From Octopus sinensis (taxonomy: Eukaryota), in contig NC_043011.1 in the NCBI RefSeq assembly GCF_006345805.1, forward strand, positions 62,260,464 through 62,324,463: DNA of 64,000 nt. The letters run 5' to 3'. Under the pieces are notes generated by a model. That model had not been told where the DNA came from and did not search any database. It was given only the letters and a program-made list of their open reading frames with translations. Of this stretch, positions 27,324 to 40,451 are shown piece after piece. A program made the position numbers and the translations under genes. The first letter of the stretch is position 1. Every line of letters starts with the position of its first letter.

Positions 27324-27456
27324 ATAATTATTAATAAGGGTGAGAGAATTAGATACTAATTTATAGTATATCTATTCCACGCCAAGTGGCCCAGTGCCTC
27401 GAGAAACCTGGATTATTATAATTTTATAATATATTACAATATTTATACAAAAATAA

Positions 27457-27595
27457 ATATAAGAGAATGGTCACTATGTGGCTCATTCTAGCACTAGCAA
27501 ATCCAAAAGGTTTCAACCACAAAAATATGTTATATATGTGTGGTTGAAACCTTTTGGATTTGCTAGTGCTAGAATGAGCCACATATGACCATTCT

Positions 27596-27602
<7 letters not shown>
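27457..27602. repeat. Near-perfect palindrome, ~65-bp arms
   Basis: ATAAGAGAATGGTCA..GGTTTCAACCACA vs TGTGGTTGAAACC..TGACCATTCTCTTAT. Confidence 0.92.
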
Positions 27603-27634
<32 letters not shown>

Positions 27635-27904
27635 TATATATATATTTATATGTATATATTTCGTTTTTGGATTTGTTTGCAAGATTCTTTATAGGGGTTC
27701 TTGTGTTGAAGCATAACAGAATATATATATATATATTAACGGGTTGTCTTAGCTAGTTATATTTTCTTGGGCATAAAAAAAAGAGCTGATCATGTCTTTT
27801 TCACGTACACAAAACTTTAAGTAACACAAGGATCTCAGTGAAACTGCTTGCATCAACTTTAGTTACCTGTGTTGCGTTTCTCTTTCGATCGGTTATTCAC
27901 TTAC

Positions 27905-28308
27905 CTGTGTGTGTGTGTGTGTTTGAGTGTTTGTGCGTGAGCGGGTGCGCATTTCATTATATGTAAATATGAGTGATGATGATGATGATGAAGGTGGTGC
28001 TGGGTGGTGGTGGTGGTTGTTGTTATGGTGGCGTTGTTTAGAGAAGAATCGTAAATCGGTAAAACAATTTCTCTCTCTCTCTCTCTCTTTTCTCTTACCT
28101 TTATCACAGCTGCAGCTTCTTCTAGCCGCCCCTCCCCCACTAACTCCCCTCCCCCACAACAACAACAAAAAGCTGCTGCCACTACCATCTCACTACATCA
28201 CCACCACCACTACCACCAACACTACCATTATGACGACGACCATCACCATCACCATCACCACCACCGCCACCGCCACCAACACCACCATTACTACTACCAC
28301 TACTACTA

Positions 28309-28352
<44 letters not shown>

Positions 28353-28830
28353 GTTTTCCCTCTTGCCATTGATGCCGGTCTCCATAGCAACAAGCCAGGG
28401 CCACGATAAACAAATCACCGTTGGTGCAGACAGCTGCAAATAGAGATGATGTCATATCCTCCGCTGCATCTCATCGCGTCTGTCTGTCTGTCAGTCTGTC
28501 GCTGCACATTGCATTACCTGTTGCTACAGCACAGCTGTTGCACACATAGCAGCAGCAGCAGCAACAGCAGCTGCTGATGCATCGATTGTTTATAGCAGCA
28601 GCAACAAAACAGCAGCAACAACAACAGCAGCAACACAGCAGCAGCGAGAAGAAGGACACCAGGAGCTACAGCAGTGGTAGCAGCAGTGGTAGCAGCAGAC
28701 TCTGCAGCTACATATCACAGCTACCAGTAGAAAGCTTACTCTTTCCTCCTCCTCCACCTCCTCCCCCTCCTCCGCATCGGGTTCCTTTTGTGACACCACC
28801 ATCGTCCGACTCCTTTCTTTTTACTCCTCT

Positions 28831-28882
<52 letters not shown>

Positions 28883-29165
28883 ATTGCTGCTTCTGCTTCT
28901 ACTGCTTCTGCTGTAGTTGCTATTGTTGTTACTACTACTACTGTTGCCGCCGTCGCTGCTGCTGCTGCTGCTACTACTACTACTATTACTACTACTACTA
29001 CTACTTCTACTACTATTGCTACTGCTGCTGCTGCTGTTGTTGCTATTGTTGTTACTAATATTATTACTGCTGCTGCTACTACTACTACTACTACTAATAC
29101 GACATCCGGCATCACCACCGCAGCTCATCACAGTGAATTCGTATATTGATTGATCACAAAAGTCG
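27905..29165. promoter_or_regulatory. Candidate divergent promoter with non-coding first exons
   Basis: Outward-facing consensus donors CAG|GTAAGT (minus, 27905) and TCG|GTAAGT (plus, 29165) bracket a transposon-free, trinucleotide-rich block with CAGCTG E-boxes and an Inr-like TCAGT near 28490. Confidence 0.3.
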
Positions 29166-30049
29166 GTAAGTTGGAATAAAACAATGAAAGAAAGAAAGAA
29201 AGAAAGAAAAAAAGAAAACAAGAAAGAAAAAAAGAAAGAGAAAAGAAGACGGAGAGACCGCGAATGAAATCGAACCCTCTACCGCGACATTACCGGATAT
29301 TTATTTTGCTAATTTCGGGGGCGGCGGCCTGGCTGGAGAGGTGGATCGCAGTGAGATTTGAACTTGTTATATTAGAATAGTTTTAGTCATCGGTTTTCGG
29401 TCGAATCCTAAATCCTAAATCTTTTGTTTGTTTCATTCATTGGACCGAGGCCATGCTGGGGCACCACCTTGAACGGCTTTGTTGAGCACATTGACCCCAG
29501 TATTTGTAAGAGCCTGGAACATATTCTATCGGTCTCTTTTGCCGAAGGGCTTAGTCATAGGGACGTAAAGACATGAACACCGGTTGTGATGCAGTGGTGA
29601 GGGACAAACAGACACAAAGACACACACGCATACACATATATGCATAAATGCATATACTGTTGGCTTCTTTCAGTTTCCGTCTTCCATATCTACTCACAAC
29701 GCCTTGGTCGGCCCGAGGCTACAGTAGAAGACACTTGTCCCCTGTACCACGTAATGGGACTGAACCCGGTACCATGTGGTTGAGAAGCGTAGTTCTACAC
29801 AACCATACGCGCGCGCACACACATACACACGCGTATATACGATGGATTTCTTTCAGTTTCCGTCAATCAAATTCTGTCACAAGGCTTTGGTCGATCCGGG
29901 GCTGTAGTACAAGACGCTTGCTCAAGGTTCCACGCAATGGAACTGAACTGAAGACGACAAGGATGAGAAGCAAGCACCTTAACCACACATCCACTCCTGG
30001 GCCTAGCAAGGTTCTTACACGTTGATGATTATTTTGTAAAGGAGTAAAT

Positions 30050-30350
30050 GGAGGCGCAATGGCCCAGTGGTTAGGGCAGCGGACTCGCGGTCGGAGGATC
30101 TCGGTTTCGATTCCCAGACCGGGCGTTGTGTGTGTTTATTGACCGAAAACATCTAAAAGATCCACGAGGCTCCAGTAGAGGGGGTGGGGTGACCTTCGTG
30201 GTACTCTTTCGTCAAAACTTTCTCTCACTCTCTCTTCCTGTTTCTTGAGCAACGCTGCGATGGACTGGCGTCCCGTTCAGCTGGGGGGAGCACAATCGAC
30301 ACAGAAACCGGGAAACCGGGCCCATCAGATTGGCTAGGCTTGAAAAGGGC
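30050..30350 (+). mobile_element. tRNA-derived SINE family D
   Basis: GGAGGCGCAATGGCCCAGTGGTTAGGGCAGCGG...GGTTTCGATTCCC; related copy at 55258. Confidence 0.75.
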
Positions 30351-30629
30351 GAAAACAAAATGGAGTAAGTAAGGCCCTCGCTTTTCTGGTGCGTGAGTTT
30401 AGTCGTTTATTTCGACCCCAGTAACTGACTGCTCCTTTATTTATCGATCTCAGAAGGATGGATGCTAACCTTGACCTCATTGTTAGTTGAACCCCGAACC
30501 TAAACAGCTGTATTATAAAGGATTTTGTCTGATTTTTCTCTTAATCAATTACCATTATAATTTATTCTAAGATTGCAGGTAAAAAATTTCTGAGCAGGTG
30601 GTTGGTCGCTTATAGGATAAAGAGCCGCT

Positions 30630-30963
30630 TGGAGGTCATGAATGACCATGGGGTTGCACCTTGAAAGTTCCCCTCAAAGACACAAGTCCGGGCAAGGTTG
30701 TTTATAGAAGACCAGCAGTCACCCATGCATACCAGTGACCCCTCTCCACGCTACTGATGTTATCCAAGGGAAAGGCAAAGGGGTCGATACAGCTTGGCAC
30801 CAGTGAATGTCGCAACTCATTTCTACAGCTGAGGGAACTGGAGCAACGTGAAATAAAGTGTCTTGCTCAAAAACACAACATAACACACAGTCCGGTCCAG
30901 GAATCGAACTCATTATCATATGATTGTGAGCCCGATGCTCTTACCACTGAGCCATGCACCTTC
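30630..30963 (-). mobile_element. SINE family C
   Basis: Reverse complement of the 57662-type consensus. Confidence 0.8.
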
Positions 30964-33069
30964 TTATATAATCAAGTATTTGACTGTCACTTTAACTTAT
31001 GCAGCCCCAAACAGATAAAATGAAGTGTTGGCCTCAATGGGATTTGAAATCGTAACGTAAAGAACTGAAACCTAAACCGTAAGGCGTGTTTGTCTGATGC
31101 TCTCAGGATTCGACCAACCCGAGGCCTTAGTTATTGCTCCAAATTGTTTCTAATTTAGACTTATGGGCAACAATTTTGAAAGGAGGGGTTTAAGTTGGTA
31201 ATAAGAAGGGTTGTTTTATCGACTCCTGAAACGACGAAAGATAAAGCTGACTTTGATAGGATTTGAACACTGAACACATGGAGCCTGAGCAAATACCGAA
31301 AGAAAGTTTGTTTGACCTTGTAATGCTCCTGCTAATGACGTACCCCGTATTGCCCTTATAATAAAGGTAATCCTTTCTACTATATAGGTAAAAGGTTTTA
31401 AATTTTAGGATGTAGGATTACTCAAATACATCAAGCCCAGTGTTTGATGTTTTCAAATTTTAGCACAAGGCCAGTAAATTTACATCGACCCCAGTGCGTA
31501 GCTGGTACTTGTTTCATCGACTCCGAAAGAATGAAAGGCAAAGTCGACCTCGGCAGAATTTGAACTCAGAACATAAAGACAGCCGAAATGTCACTAAGTA
31601 TTTTGACTGACCCGAGAACGAGTCTGCCAGCTTGCTAAAAATAAGAACGTTTGTCTCAAATTTTGACACAAAGCCTGTAAATTTTGAGGGAGAGAGTGTG
31701 CCAGTGAGGCACATACCAGATACCTTTTCGTGGAGCAGGGTTAATCATTTGACTTTATTTTATCGACACTGGAAAGACGAAAGAGGAAGGATAAACACAC
31801 AAAAAAAGCAGAATAGAAAAAGAGCAACGGATAAGAGAGACGTCACTAAGACAGGTTACAAAAATGTATGGGAATTTACAAAGAACTGGAATAAAAATAA
31901 TGCTGTGCTACGAAGTGCTACAAAGAAATGGAATGATAGAGTGTTGTGTAAACACTTGTGGATCTCGAGTCTTTTTGCCTTCGTACCACACTGGAGACGA
32001 AATGAAAATATAATTATTGGCGCGCTTCGCAAGTAAAAAAAACAAAACAGAAACAGCAACAGAGCAACAAAAAGCCATGGTTTTATGATAAAAAAGAGAA
32101 GAAACATATTGATGAGACTAATATTCTTTTGTTCTTTTATCCTTTTATTCTTTTAAATGTTTCAGTTATTTGACTGTGGCCATGCTGGAGCTCCACCTTA
32201 AAGGGTTTTTTTATTTGTCGAAGAAATCGACCCCAGGACATGCAAGGTGCCGGATATTGGATTGTTTGTGTACTTGTTACTTCGCAGTTCAGCTCCCACC
32301 AAGAAAGCGTTAAAATAAGTTTTAGATTTAAAATAAATACTAGGGTTAGTTTGTTCGACTTAACCAAACCTTTCAAAGCTGTGCCCCAGCATGGCCGCAG
32401 TCCAATACGTGAAACAAATAAAAAAAGAAAATACATGCAAAGTATTAGATTGGGATTTCTATAATTTGAAATTATTCTTTTAAAAATTCGTGACATTCTC
32501 CATTTGGGGATAACCATTGTTTTTGGATATGATCTGTGAACCGAAAGAGATTCAGCTGCTGTTTCTAGCGTCTTGAGTAACCACGTAAAAGAATCATTTG
32601 AGAGGAAATATTGGCACGCCGTTGCAGGAGGGCTTATTCCAGGAGGTAGTCTGCTCGGCTAGAAATGGCAACTAAATTACCCTCATAACACACTATCATG
32701 CTTTGATAATGTGATACGGTGATACGTTGATTGACGTAGCTGGGAATTCCTGACTCGTCGGAAAAAGAATGAGAGAGTCACGGCTGGAATGCCCATTTTC
32801 TTTTGTTTTTTTCATAGATTTGCTCGATCACAACTGACCAGTAAGTAGTCACCCCCCACCCCCACCACCACCACCCCACCACCAAAAACACCAATCGTAG
32901 AGCAGCACGGCCTAGAAATCTTGAAATGGAATTCTACTGATACTTCTTCTGTTGACCCCGGAATAATGATTTGACACGAACCTTTCAATAAATGTGCTAA
33001 AGAGCAGCACATTTCACCCTCATTCACCCCCATTTCACCCTCATTTCACTCTCATTCTCTGCTCCTAAT

Positions 33070-34628
33070 GAAACTTGAGGTTCAAATGGGCTTCGACGGG
33101 GATATAGCGTCCTGCACGTAACTATTTCAGTTAAGTCTAAAATTAAAACTCTTTCAGCTTTTACCATCAAAACATGGACCACTGTCCGACCCTCTTTGCC
33201 TGGGGGGTGGGATAATAATTAACTGGAGCCCAGCAGAGCGTATGATTAGTCCCACATGAAAGACAGCTGTTTCCGCATGTTTCTAATCCACGGGTATGGA
33301 AAAATGGCTTCGAAGAACTATCTCGTTACTTGCGGCACACCTGTGATACACCCGACTGATAGCATTTCCATTCTTGTAGAACCAGTAATTACCAGAGACA
33401 ACAGTGCTAAGGCGGGTGTTTCTGAAAGGTACCCATCGCTCCTGAAGTGAAAGTCTTCCCCCAATAAACTACTTTGCTGGTTTTTGTCTACGTCCAGATC
33501 CTTTTTGAGAACTTCGTCGTTCATATATGCCACCAACCCTCTATGGAATGCTAAGGTAGATGCTCTGTCGATCACCATAACCAACTCATTGAAAAAATAG
33601 GTGCCTGAAACATCGTTGATGCTTGACTCCTAATCATTGTCTTTAGTAGATTCAGGATGGCAGCTCCATCGGCGAGACGAGTTGTGAGAGAGTGGCCTTT
33701 ACAAACGCCGATCGTAGCATTTCAGCTCGTTGTCTGCGAGTCACTGCAAACACTACAGCTCCAGTACATGCCAGGACATAACGATCGTTTTATAAAGAGA
33801 AGTTTGATGGCAAATAGACATGCTAACTACGGGAATCAGACCTTTCTACAACAAGCGAAAAGAATAGATACTCCCAACCTGGTCAGATGCAACCCAAGAC
33901 CGGTCAGAACGATGTTGGCGTTTATCATCACTGATATTTCAGGTATAGCCTCACCTCGGCCCCTTTCTGAGCGAGACTGACTGACCCTCCTCCGAGCCTT
34001 CACTCATTTCCTAATCACCTAAACATTCTAATTGAACCAGACCTCAAGCACCTTAAATGGACAGTTGACCGAATGCAAAATACAAAACCTTTGGTGTGTC
34101 CTGATTAACGCGTGCTTCTGTTAATACACATCAATTAAGTATAACACGAATCACCTCGGTACCCGATGGCCACAATGCTTAGCTCTGCTACCAGCAGAGC
34201 CATGATGCTGAAAACATTTCTACATTGAGTCCTTACTTGGCGTCCTTCATGGGGACTGTCACCATTCTTTGGTACGCACTACAGTTTATCTGCAGTTCTC
34301 ATACAGAGGGTCAAGCAAGCCTGATATACTTCTGTAAACTTCGCAGGCAAAACCAGCAAGTACTGGTCACTTGACGATTCGAAGAGCTGCACATTCTGCA
34401 GAGCCAATAAATCCTATTTTCGCTGTTCCAAATCTGTTGTGAATCACAGCAGATCGTCGGGGGTAGGTACCGGATTCCACTCTCCAACCATCGCACTCCT
34501 CTCTGATTCGGATGCCACGGGGGCTCCACTGCTGACTCGGCCCTGCCAAACGCACCCTAACTGGTCAGCGCAACCATCGAGTTTAGCCTCAGGGAATTAG
34601 TCGAGTGCCATTCTCTTGCCGTTGCCAT
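33070..34628. other. Unexplained high-complexity, repeat-free island with no long ORF
   Basis: About 1.55 kb of balanced composition; longest ORF 107 aa; TAA, TAG and TGA all occur in the frame of the minus-strand ATG at 34628. Confidence 0.6.
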
Positions 34629-34826
34629 AGTGGTAATGATGATGATGATGGAGAAAGTGCTGCAGTGATGATGATGATGATGACGGTGGTGATAGTGGTG
34701 GCGGTGGTGGTTAAAGTGGGTGGACAATGACGAAAACGTTGTGTGTGTATGTGGGGGTGGGGTACTGTTTAGATGTTGACGACGACACTGATGATGAGTA
34801 AGAGGAGGAAGATAACGGTGGTGGTA

Positions 34827-34863
<37 letters not shown>

Positions 34864-35331
34864 CGATGGTGCTGGTGGTGGTGGTGGTGATGAGGACGGC
34901 GATGCCGATACGACAACAGCCACTACGGCCTTGGCTACGTACGATGTTCTTCTGCTTCTTCTTCTTCTATCGCTGCTCTTATCCACCGATGATGCTCTTG
35001 CTGCTTTCTCTACCAACAGCATCCCCAGTTGCGTGTGCCTGCGTGCGTGCATGCGCACACAATTACGTTAATTGTACACACGCGCGCATATATACTACAT
35101 GTGTACGCGTGTGTAAATAAATATATATATGTATATATATCCAAGCAAATGCTAATTTGCCACAGTGGTGCTCCAGCATGACCGCAGCTGAATGGCTGAA
35201 ACGGATGAAAGAATATGTATATATATATATGTATATATACACGCATAGATGTACGCGCATATATGTAAATATATATATGTGCGTACGTGTGCGCGAGCCT
35301 GCACGCGTAATTGTAAAGGCATAAGTGTATA

Positions 35332-35369
<38 letters not shown>

Positions 35370-35503
35370 ACACATATGTATACATGTGCAGACAGACACA
35401 CATACCCACACGCGCGCACGCACACAGATACATACACAAACACACACATTCAAACGAATGCACACGTGCATATATACATACATATGTGAGAGAGAGAGAC
35501 AAT

Positions 35504-35534
<31 letters not shown>

Positions 35535-35554
35535 AGGAGCGAGAGCTGAATTTA

Positions 35555-35573
35555 TTTTCGCGCGAAACACGTG
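35555..35573. promoter_or_regulatory. Palindromic E2F-type site overlapping an E-box
   Basis: TTTTCGCGCGAAACACGTG contains TTTCGCGCGAAA and CACGTG. Confidence 0.3.
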
Positions 35574-35958
35574 TCATCTGATGCATCTATATTATACATA
35601 CATACATATATATATATATATACACAAACATACATACATACATTCAACATACATGCACACATACGTACACCCATACACATATACACAAACAATGGATATA
35701 TGCGCATATTACCGAATTATGTATTTATATATTTTCTGGTTTTGAGTGGAGTACAATGCTGTACTCACGGTTTTGCGTTCCACTCCACTCCACTCCACTC
35801 CACCCTTACCCTCTCCCTTCGGGAGCAGTGAGTGCATCTGCATGTACGTGTATGCGTGTGGGTGTATATATACATATAAATACATAAATATATGTATATA
35901 TACTATATATATATGAGCATAAATGTATACACGCATATCTATATACACACATACACAC

Positions 35959-35989
<31 letters not shown>

Positions 35990-36084
35990 GGTAACATACA
36001 TTTATACATATGTATATGTGTATATGTATATATAATATATATATATATATATATAGATATATATATATATATATAAATACATAC

Positions 36085-36130
<46 letters not shown>

Positions 36131-36138
36131 CTATATAT

Positions 36139-36185
<47 letters not shown>

Positions 36186-36301
36186 ATTAGATATGTACAT
36201 ATATACACAAGGGTATTACATGAGTACCTATATCGCTAAAGATAGAAGTCAAAAAATACTTCTGTACCTCTGAATAATCACAATCCATCCCTATATTTAA
36301 T

Positions 36302-36343
<42 letters not shown>

Positions 36344-38674
36344 TATAATATATATATATATATGCAACAGTGCTCGACGTCACAATGTGGACATTATCGT
36401 AGAAGCCTGAATATGTGTGCGTATATGTATGTGGAAGTGTGCGTGAGCGTGCGCTCATAATTACGTAACTATAAACACAAAAAAGAAATAAATAAAAATA
36501 AAGAGAGAAAGAGTGAGAAAGAGAGAGAAAGAGAAAGTGAGAAAGGAAGAGCGAGCGAACGAGCAAGAGGAAGAGAGGATGAAGAAAGGAGAGTGTGAGA
36601 AAGAGAGAATAAGCGAGCGAGCGAGGAATGGTAAACGAAGGCTGCATGATTTGAGATGAGTGCTACTCAATGAGTGAGACTCAATGAGTGAATGACAGTA
36701 GCACTTAGTTCTCTGTATCAGCAGCCAGTCTTGAAGTTGGCTAGAAGTGGTAGCAGCTCTCCTGTCCTTGCTCGGATAACCGCCAACATTCGTGGATTTG
36801 CAATCCAAAATCCTACGACGGCCACATATATATTTATATATATGTGTGTATATGCATCTCTGTGTGTATAACACAACACGATCTCTCGGTCATTATATCT
36901 TGCTTTTTGTCTTTTCTATGCCTGTTAATTTCGTTCTATTTCGTTGTTGAGCCAAAGAAAAAGAAAAAAAAAACCCTTTATATTGCATTATATATATATA
37001 TTATAGAATATATATATACATATATCTCTTTATATAATCCGGACAAATATACAACAAGCAATCAAATTAATATTAACGATTATTGTAACACAAACAAATC
37101 TATCACTACAGAAACCGCAGCAATAACTGAAAGAAAACACCCCCCTCCATAATAATAATAATAATAATATCCCCCTGCTTTTCACTAAGTTTCTATGGTG
37201 GTGGTGGCGACGTGTGTAGCAGTTTATATAACTCTCCCAGTTTGTAAGTTTTCGCTGGAGCCTGCAGCATAAACACAGATTCACACGTATCTGCATGTAA
37301 CATCGCGATTATTGTATGAAAAAAAGAAAGAGCGGAAAATATATAAATATAAAGATATAAGAAGGACAAATTTGATTAATTAATAAATCTTTCTGAAATT
37401 TTGTGATTTAACGTGATAATCACACCCGTCGATCACCAGAATCAATCGTAAATATTTTTGATTTAATTCTGTTTGTTTCTTCTTTTAAGTGACGAAGTTT
37501 TTGAAAAAAATAAAAAAGAAGAAGGAACAAATGAACTACACTGTTATATTCTCAGATCAATATATTTTGGAAAAAAAAAGAAAAAAAAGACAATAGCTAA
37601 AAAAATATTAAAAATTAGTAGCAATTTATTTCTTTAAAAAATATATATATATATACGAAAATATTAAAAACATCTACGGACCTCTATACATATCGTTATC
37701 GTCGAAATCCTATCATCTTCTTTGAAAATCAAATCGCTAAAGGCAAAAATGAATATATAGACACATACATATTGATATATATTTATTTATAAAGGCACAG
37801 AACGTCTATATAAAACACTAGGATAAATTTCGAACTTCTTAATTAGCAGAGCTGAAGAACGGTTAAACAAACGTTGCAGAGAAACGCCTGAAGCCTTTGG
37901 TAGCTGCTTCGACCATTAAGTTACTTTGATAACTTAATAATAATAATAAAAAAAGAGCCTGATAAATCTTCTTCCGTTGGTGATCGCCCACCTCGAAACC
38001 AGACTAAATTTAATACTACCTTGGGGATTTTGTCCAGGTAAGCAAGCAAGTAAATAAGTAAGCAAAGTAAATATTTAAAATGCTGTTTGTTTTTCAGTTT
38101 TACAGCGTTATGTTAATCAAATTACAGGTGTTAATTTTACAGGTGGAATTAATTGTGAGATGACACTTCCGTCAAAAAGCGAGCAATGCAAATGCTGCTG
38201 GCTTTTACTTTCACTTTCGATACGTGTGTATATTCTTTCGTGTATGTATGTATGTATGTATGTATGTATGTATGTATGTGTATATATGTGTGCTTGTGTA
38301 TATATAACACACACCTATATATAACGTATAATATAGATGATATATATATATATATCTTTATATATATATATATATATATAATATATATATAATATATGTG
38401 TATATAACATATAGATACATGCGTGTGTGTGTATATATTTGTATATAATATACGTTTATGTATGTGTGTGTAAAAGGAATACAGACAAAAACAAGCGAAA
38501 GAATGAATGAATTGGATATACAAAGTGTGTGTGTGTGTGTGTGTGTGTCTGCGTGCGTACGTGAATGTTTAAGGTGTTGGCTTTTGTTGTTACTTTTGTT
38601 GAACGCATTGTAGATTAGACGTGAACGAGCAAATTTACAAGGGAAGACGTTCCAGTTGTGGCCATCTAGTTCAC

Positions 38675-38724
<50 letters not shown>

Positions 38725-39016
38725 GCACACACCGCACACATATATATACACACCTTTTCGCAGTACCGTTTCTTTTTCTGCTTTAAATGCAACACACCTG
38801 GTCCGATATTCAGTATGGTTATTTAGCTGCTATTTCTTTCTCATAAAATAACCAAGCAAATGTCCCCTTATTGGGGCATGGATGAAATGAGGTGGGGGGA
38901 GTCAAGGGGCAAAGAAAAGCCAAGGGAACCGGGAAAACCAAAGATAGAATTGCTGTGTAACTAATAACTACTCCATTTTTGATTGCTTGAACTTATTATT
39001 ATTATTATTATTATTA

Positions 39017-39053
<37 letters not shown>

Positions 39054-39382
39054 GTTATTATTATTATTATTATTATTATTGTTATTATTATTGTTATTAT
39101 GCTGGCTGACTTGTCTGAGCTACGAAAAAAATTTTGTAATTTTCCTCCGGTTCTCATCATCATCATCATCCTCATCACCATCATTATATATATATGTACA
39201 TGCACACATACACGCACACACGCACACACACGCACGCACACAGATATACACACATACACATGAACACTCATATATCTGCATAAACACACATACCCAAATA
39301 CATATATCTGATATAGAATACGGATTATGTTGCAACATCACCTGCGCAACCCAAACACCGCCCCCGCTGCACCATATATATA

Positions 39383-39594
39383 CTCTTTAATCTTTTACTT
39401 GTTTCAGTCATTTGACTGCGGCCATGCTGGAGCACCGCCTTTAATCGAGCAAATCGACCCCGGGACTTATTCTTTTTGTAAGCCCAGTACTTATTCTATC
39501 GGTCTCTTTTGCCGAACAGCTAAGTGACGGGGACGTAAACACACCAGCATCGGTTGTCAAGCAATGCTAGGGGGACAAACACAGACACACAAAC

Positions 39595-39625
<31 letters not shown>

Positions 39626-39783
39626 ATATACATATATACGACAGGCTTCTTTCAGTTTCCGTCTACCAAATCCACTCACAAGGCATTGGTCGGCCCAAGG
39701 CTATAGCAGAAGACACTTGCCCAAGATGCCACGCAGTGGTACTGAACCCGCAAGCTACTTACCACACAGCCACTCCTGCGCCT
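39383..39783 (-). mobile_element. SINE family A, nearly full length
   Basis: Closely matches 20936-21362. Confidence 0.85.
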
Positions 39784-39927
39784 ATATATATATATATATA
39801 TACTTTAAATTGCCACATACAATATACAATATATATTGTAAGTGGTGATTGACGATTTAAAGTCTATTCTCAGCATATTGTTTATAATTTTCACCTTTAC
39901 AGGTGTTTTTGACATGCTGGCCATTTT

Positions 39928-40337
39928 ACTCTTTTATTCTTTTACTGTTTCAGTTATTTTATTGCGGCCATGCTGGATCACCGCCTTTAGTCGAACTAAT
40001 CGACCCCACGACTTATTCTTTGTAAGCCTAGTACTTATTCTATCGGTCTGTTTTGCTGAACCGCTAATTTACGGTGACATAAACACACCAGCATCGGTTG
40101 TCAAGCGATGTTGGGTGAGGGGGGACAAACACAGATACACAAACACACACACATACATATTCATATATACACATATACGACGGGCTTCTTTCAGTTTCCA
40201 TCTACCAAATCCACTCACAAGTCTTTGGTCGACCCGAGGCTATAGTATAAGACACTTGGCCTAGGTGCCACGGAGTGGGACTGAACCCGGTATCATGTGG
40301 TTGGTAATCAAGCTACTTACCACACAGCCACTCCTGA
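39928..40337 (-). mobile_element. SINE family A
   Basis: Same consensus, adjacent to and co-oriented with the previous copy. Confidence 0.85.
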
Positions 40338-40381
40338 ACCTATGATGAAATATTTGGAAAAAATTTCATCCTATATTAGAA

Positions 40382-40450
<69 letters not shown>

Positions 40451-40451
<1 letters not shown>

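Noticed and set aside
28577-29149. 190-aa polyQ/polyP/polyT ORF resembling a transcription-factor N-terminus
   Set aside because: Low complexity throughout, open on both strands, and it stops before the nearby donor; more likely UTR-type repeats
31632-32036. 134-aa ORF
   Set aside because: Starts in a SINE B remnant and continues through A-rich sequence with no motif
34182-34200. Perfect 8-bp hairpin GCTCTGCT-ACC-AGCAGAGC
   Set aside because: Short enough to arise by chance and has no supporting context
33070-34628. Stop-codon readthrough, selenoprotein or editing-rescued gene; also reversed or complement-only reading
   Set aside because: Hand translation shows mixed TAA/TAG/TGA stops and no recognisable protein; the reversed and complemented frames I tried also hit stops
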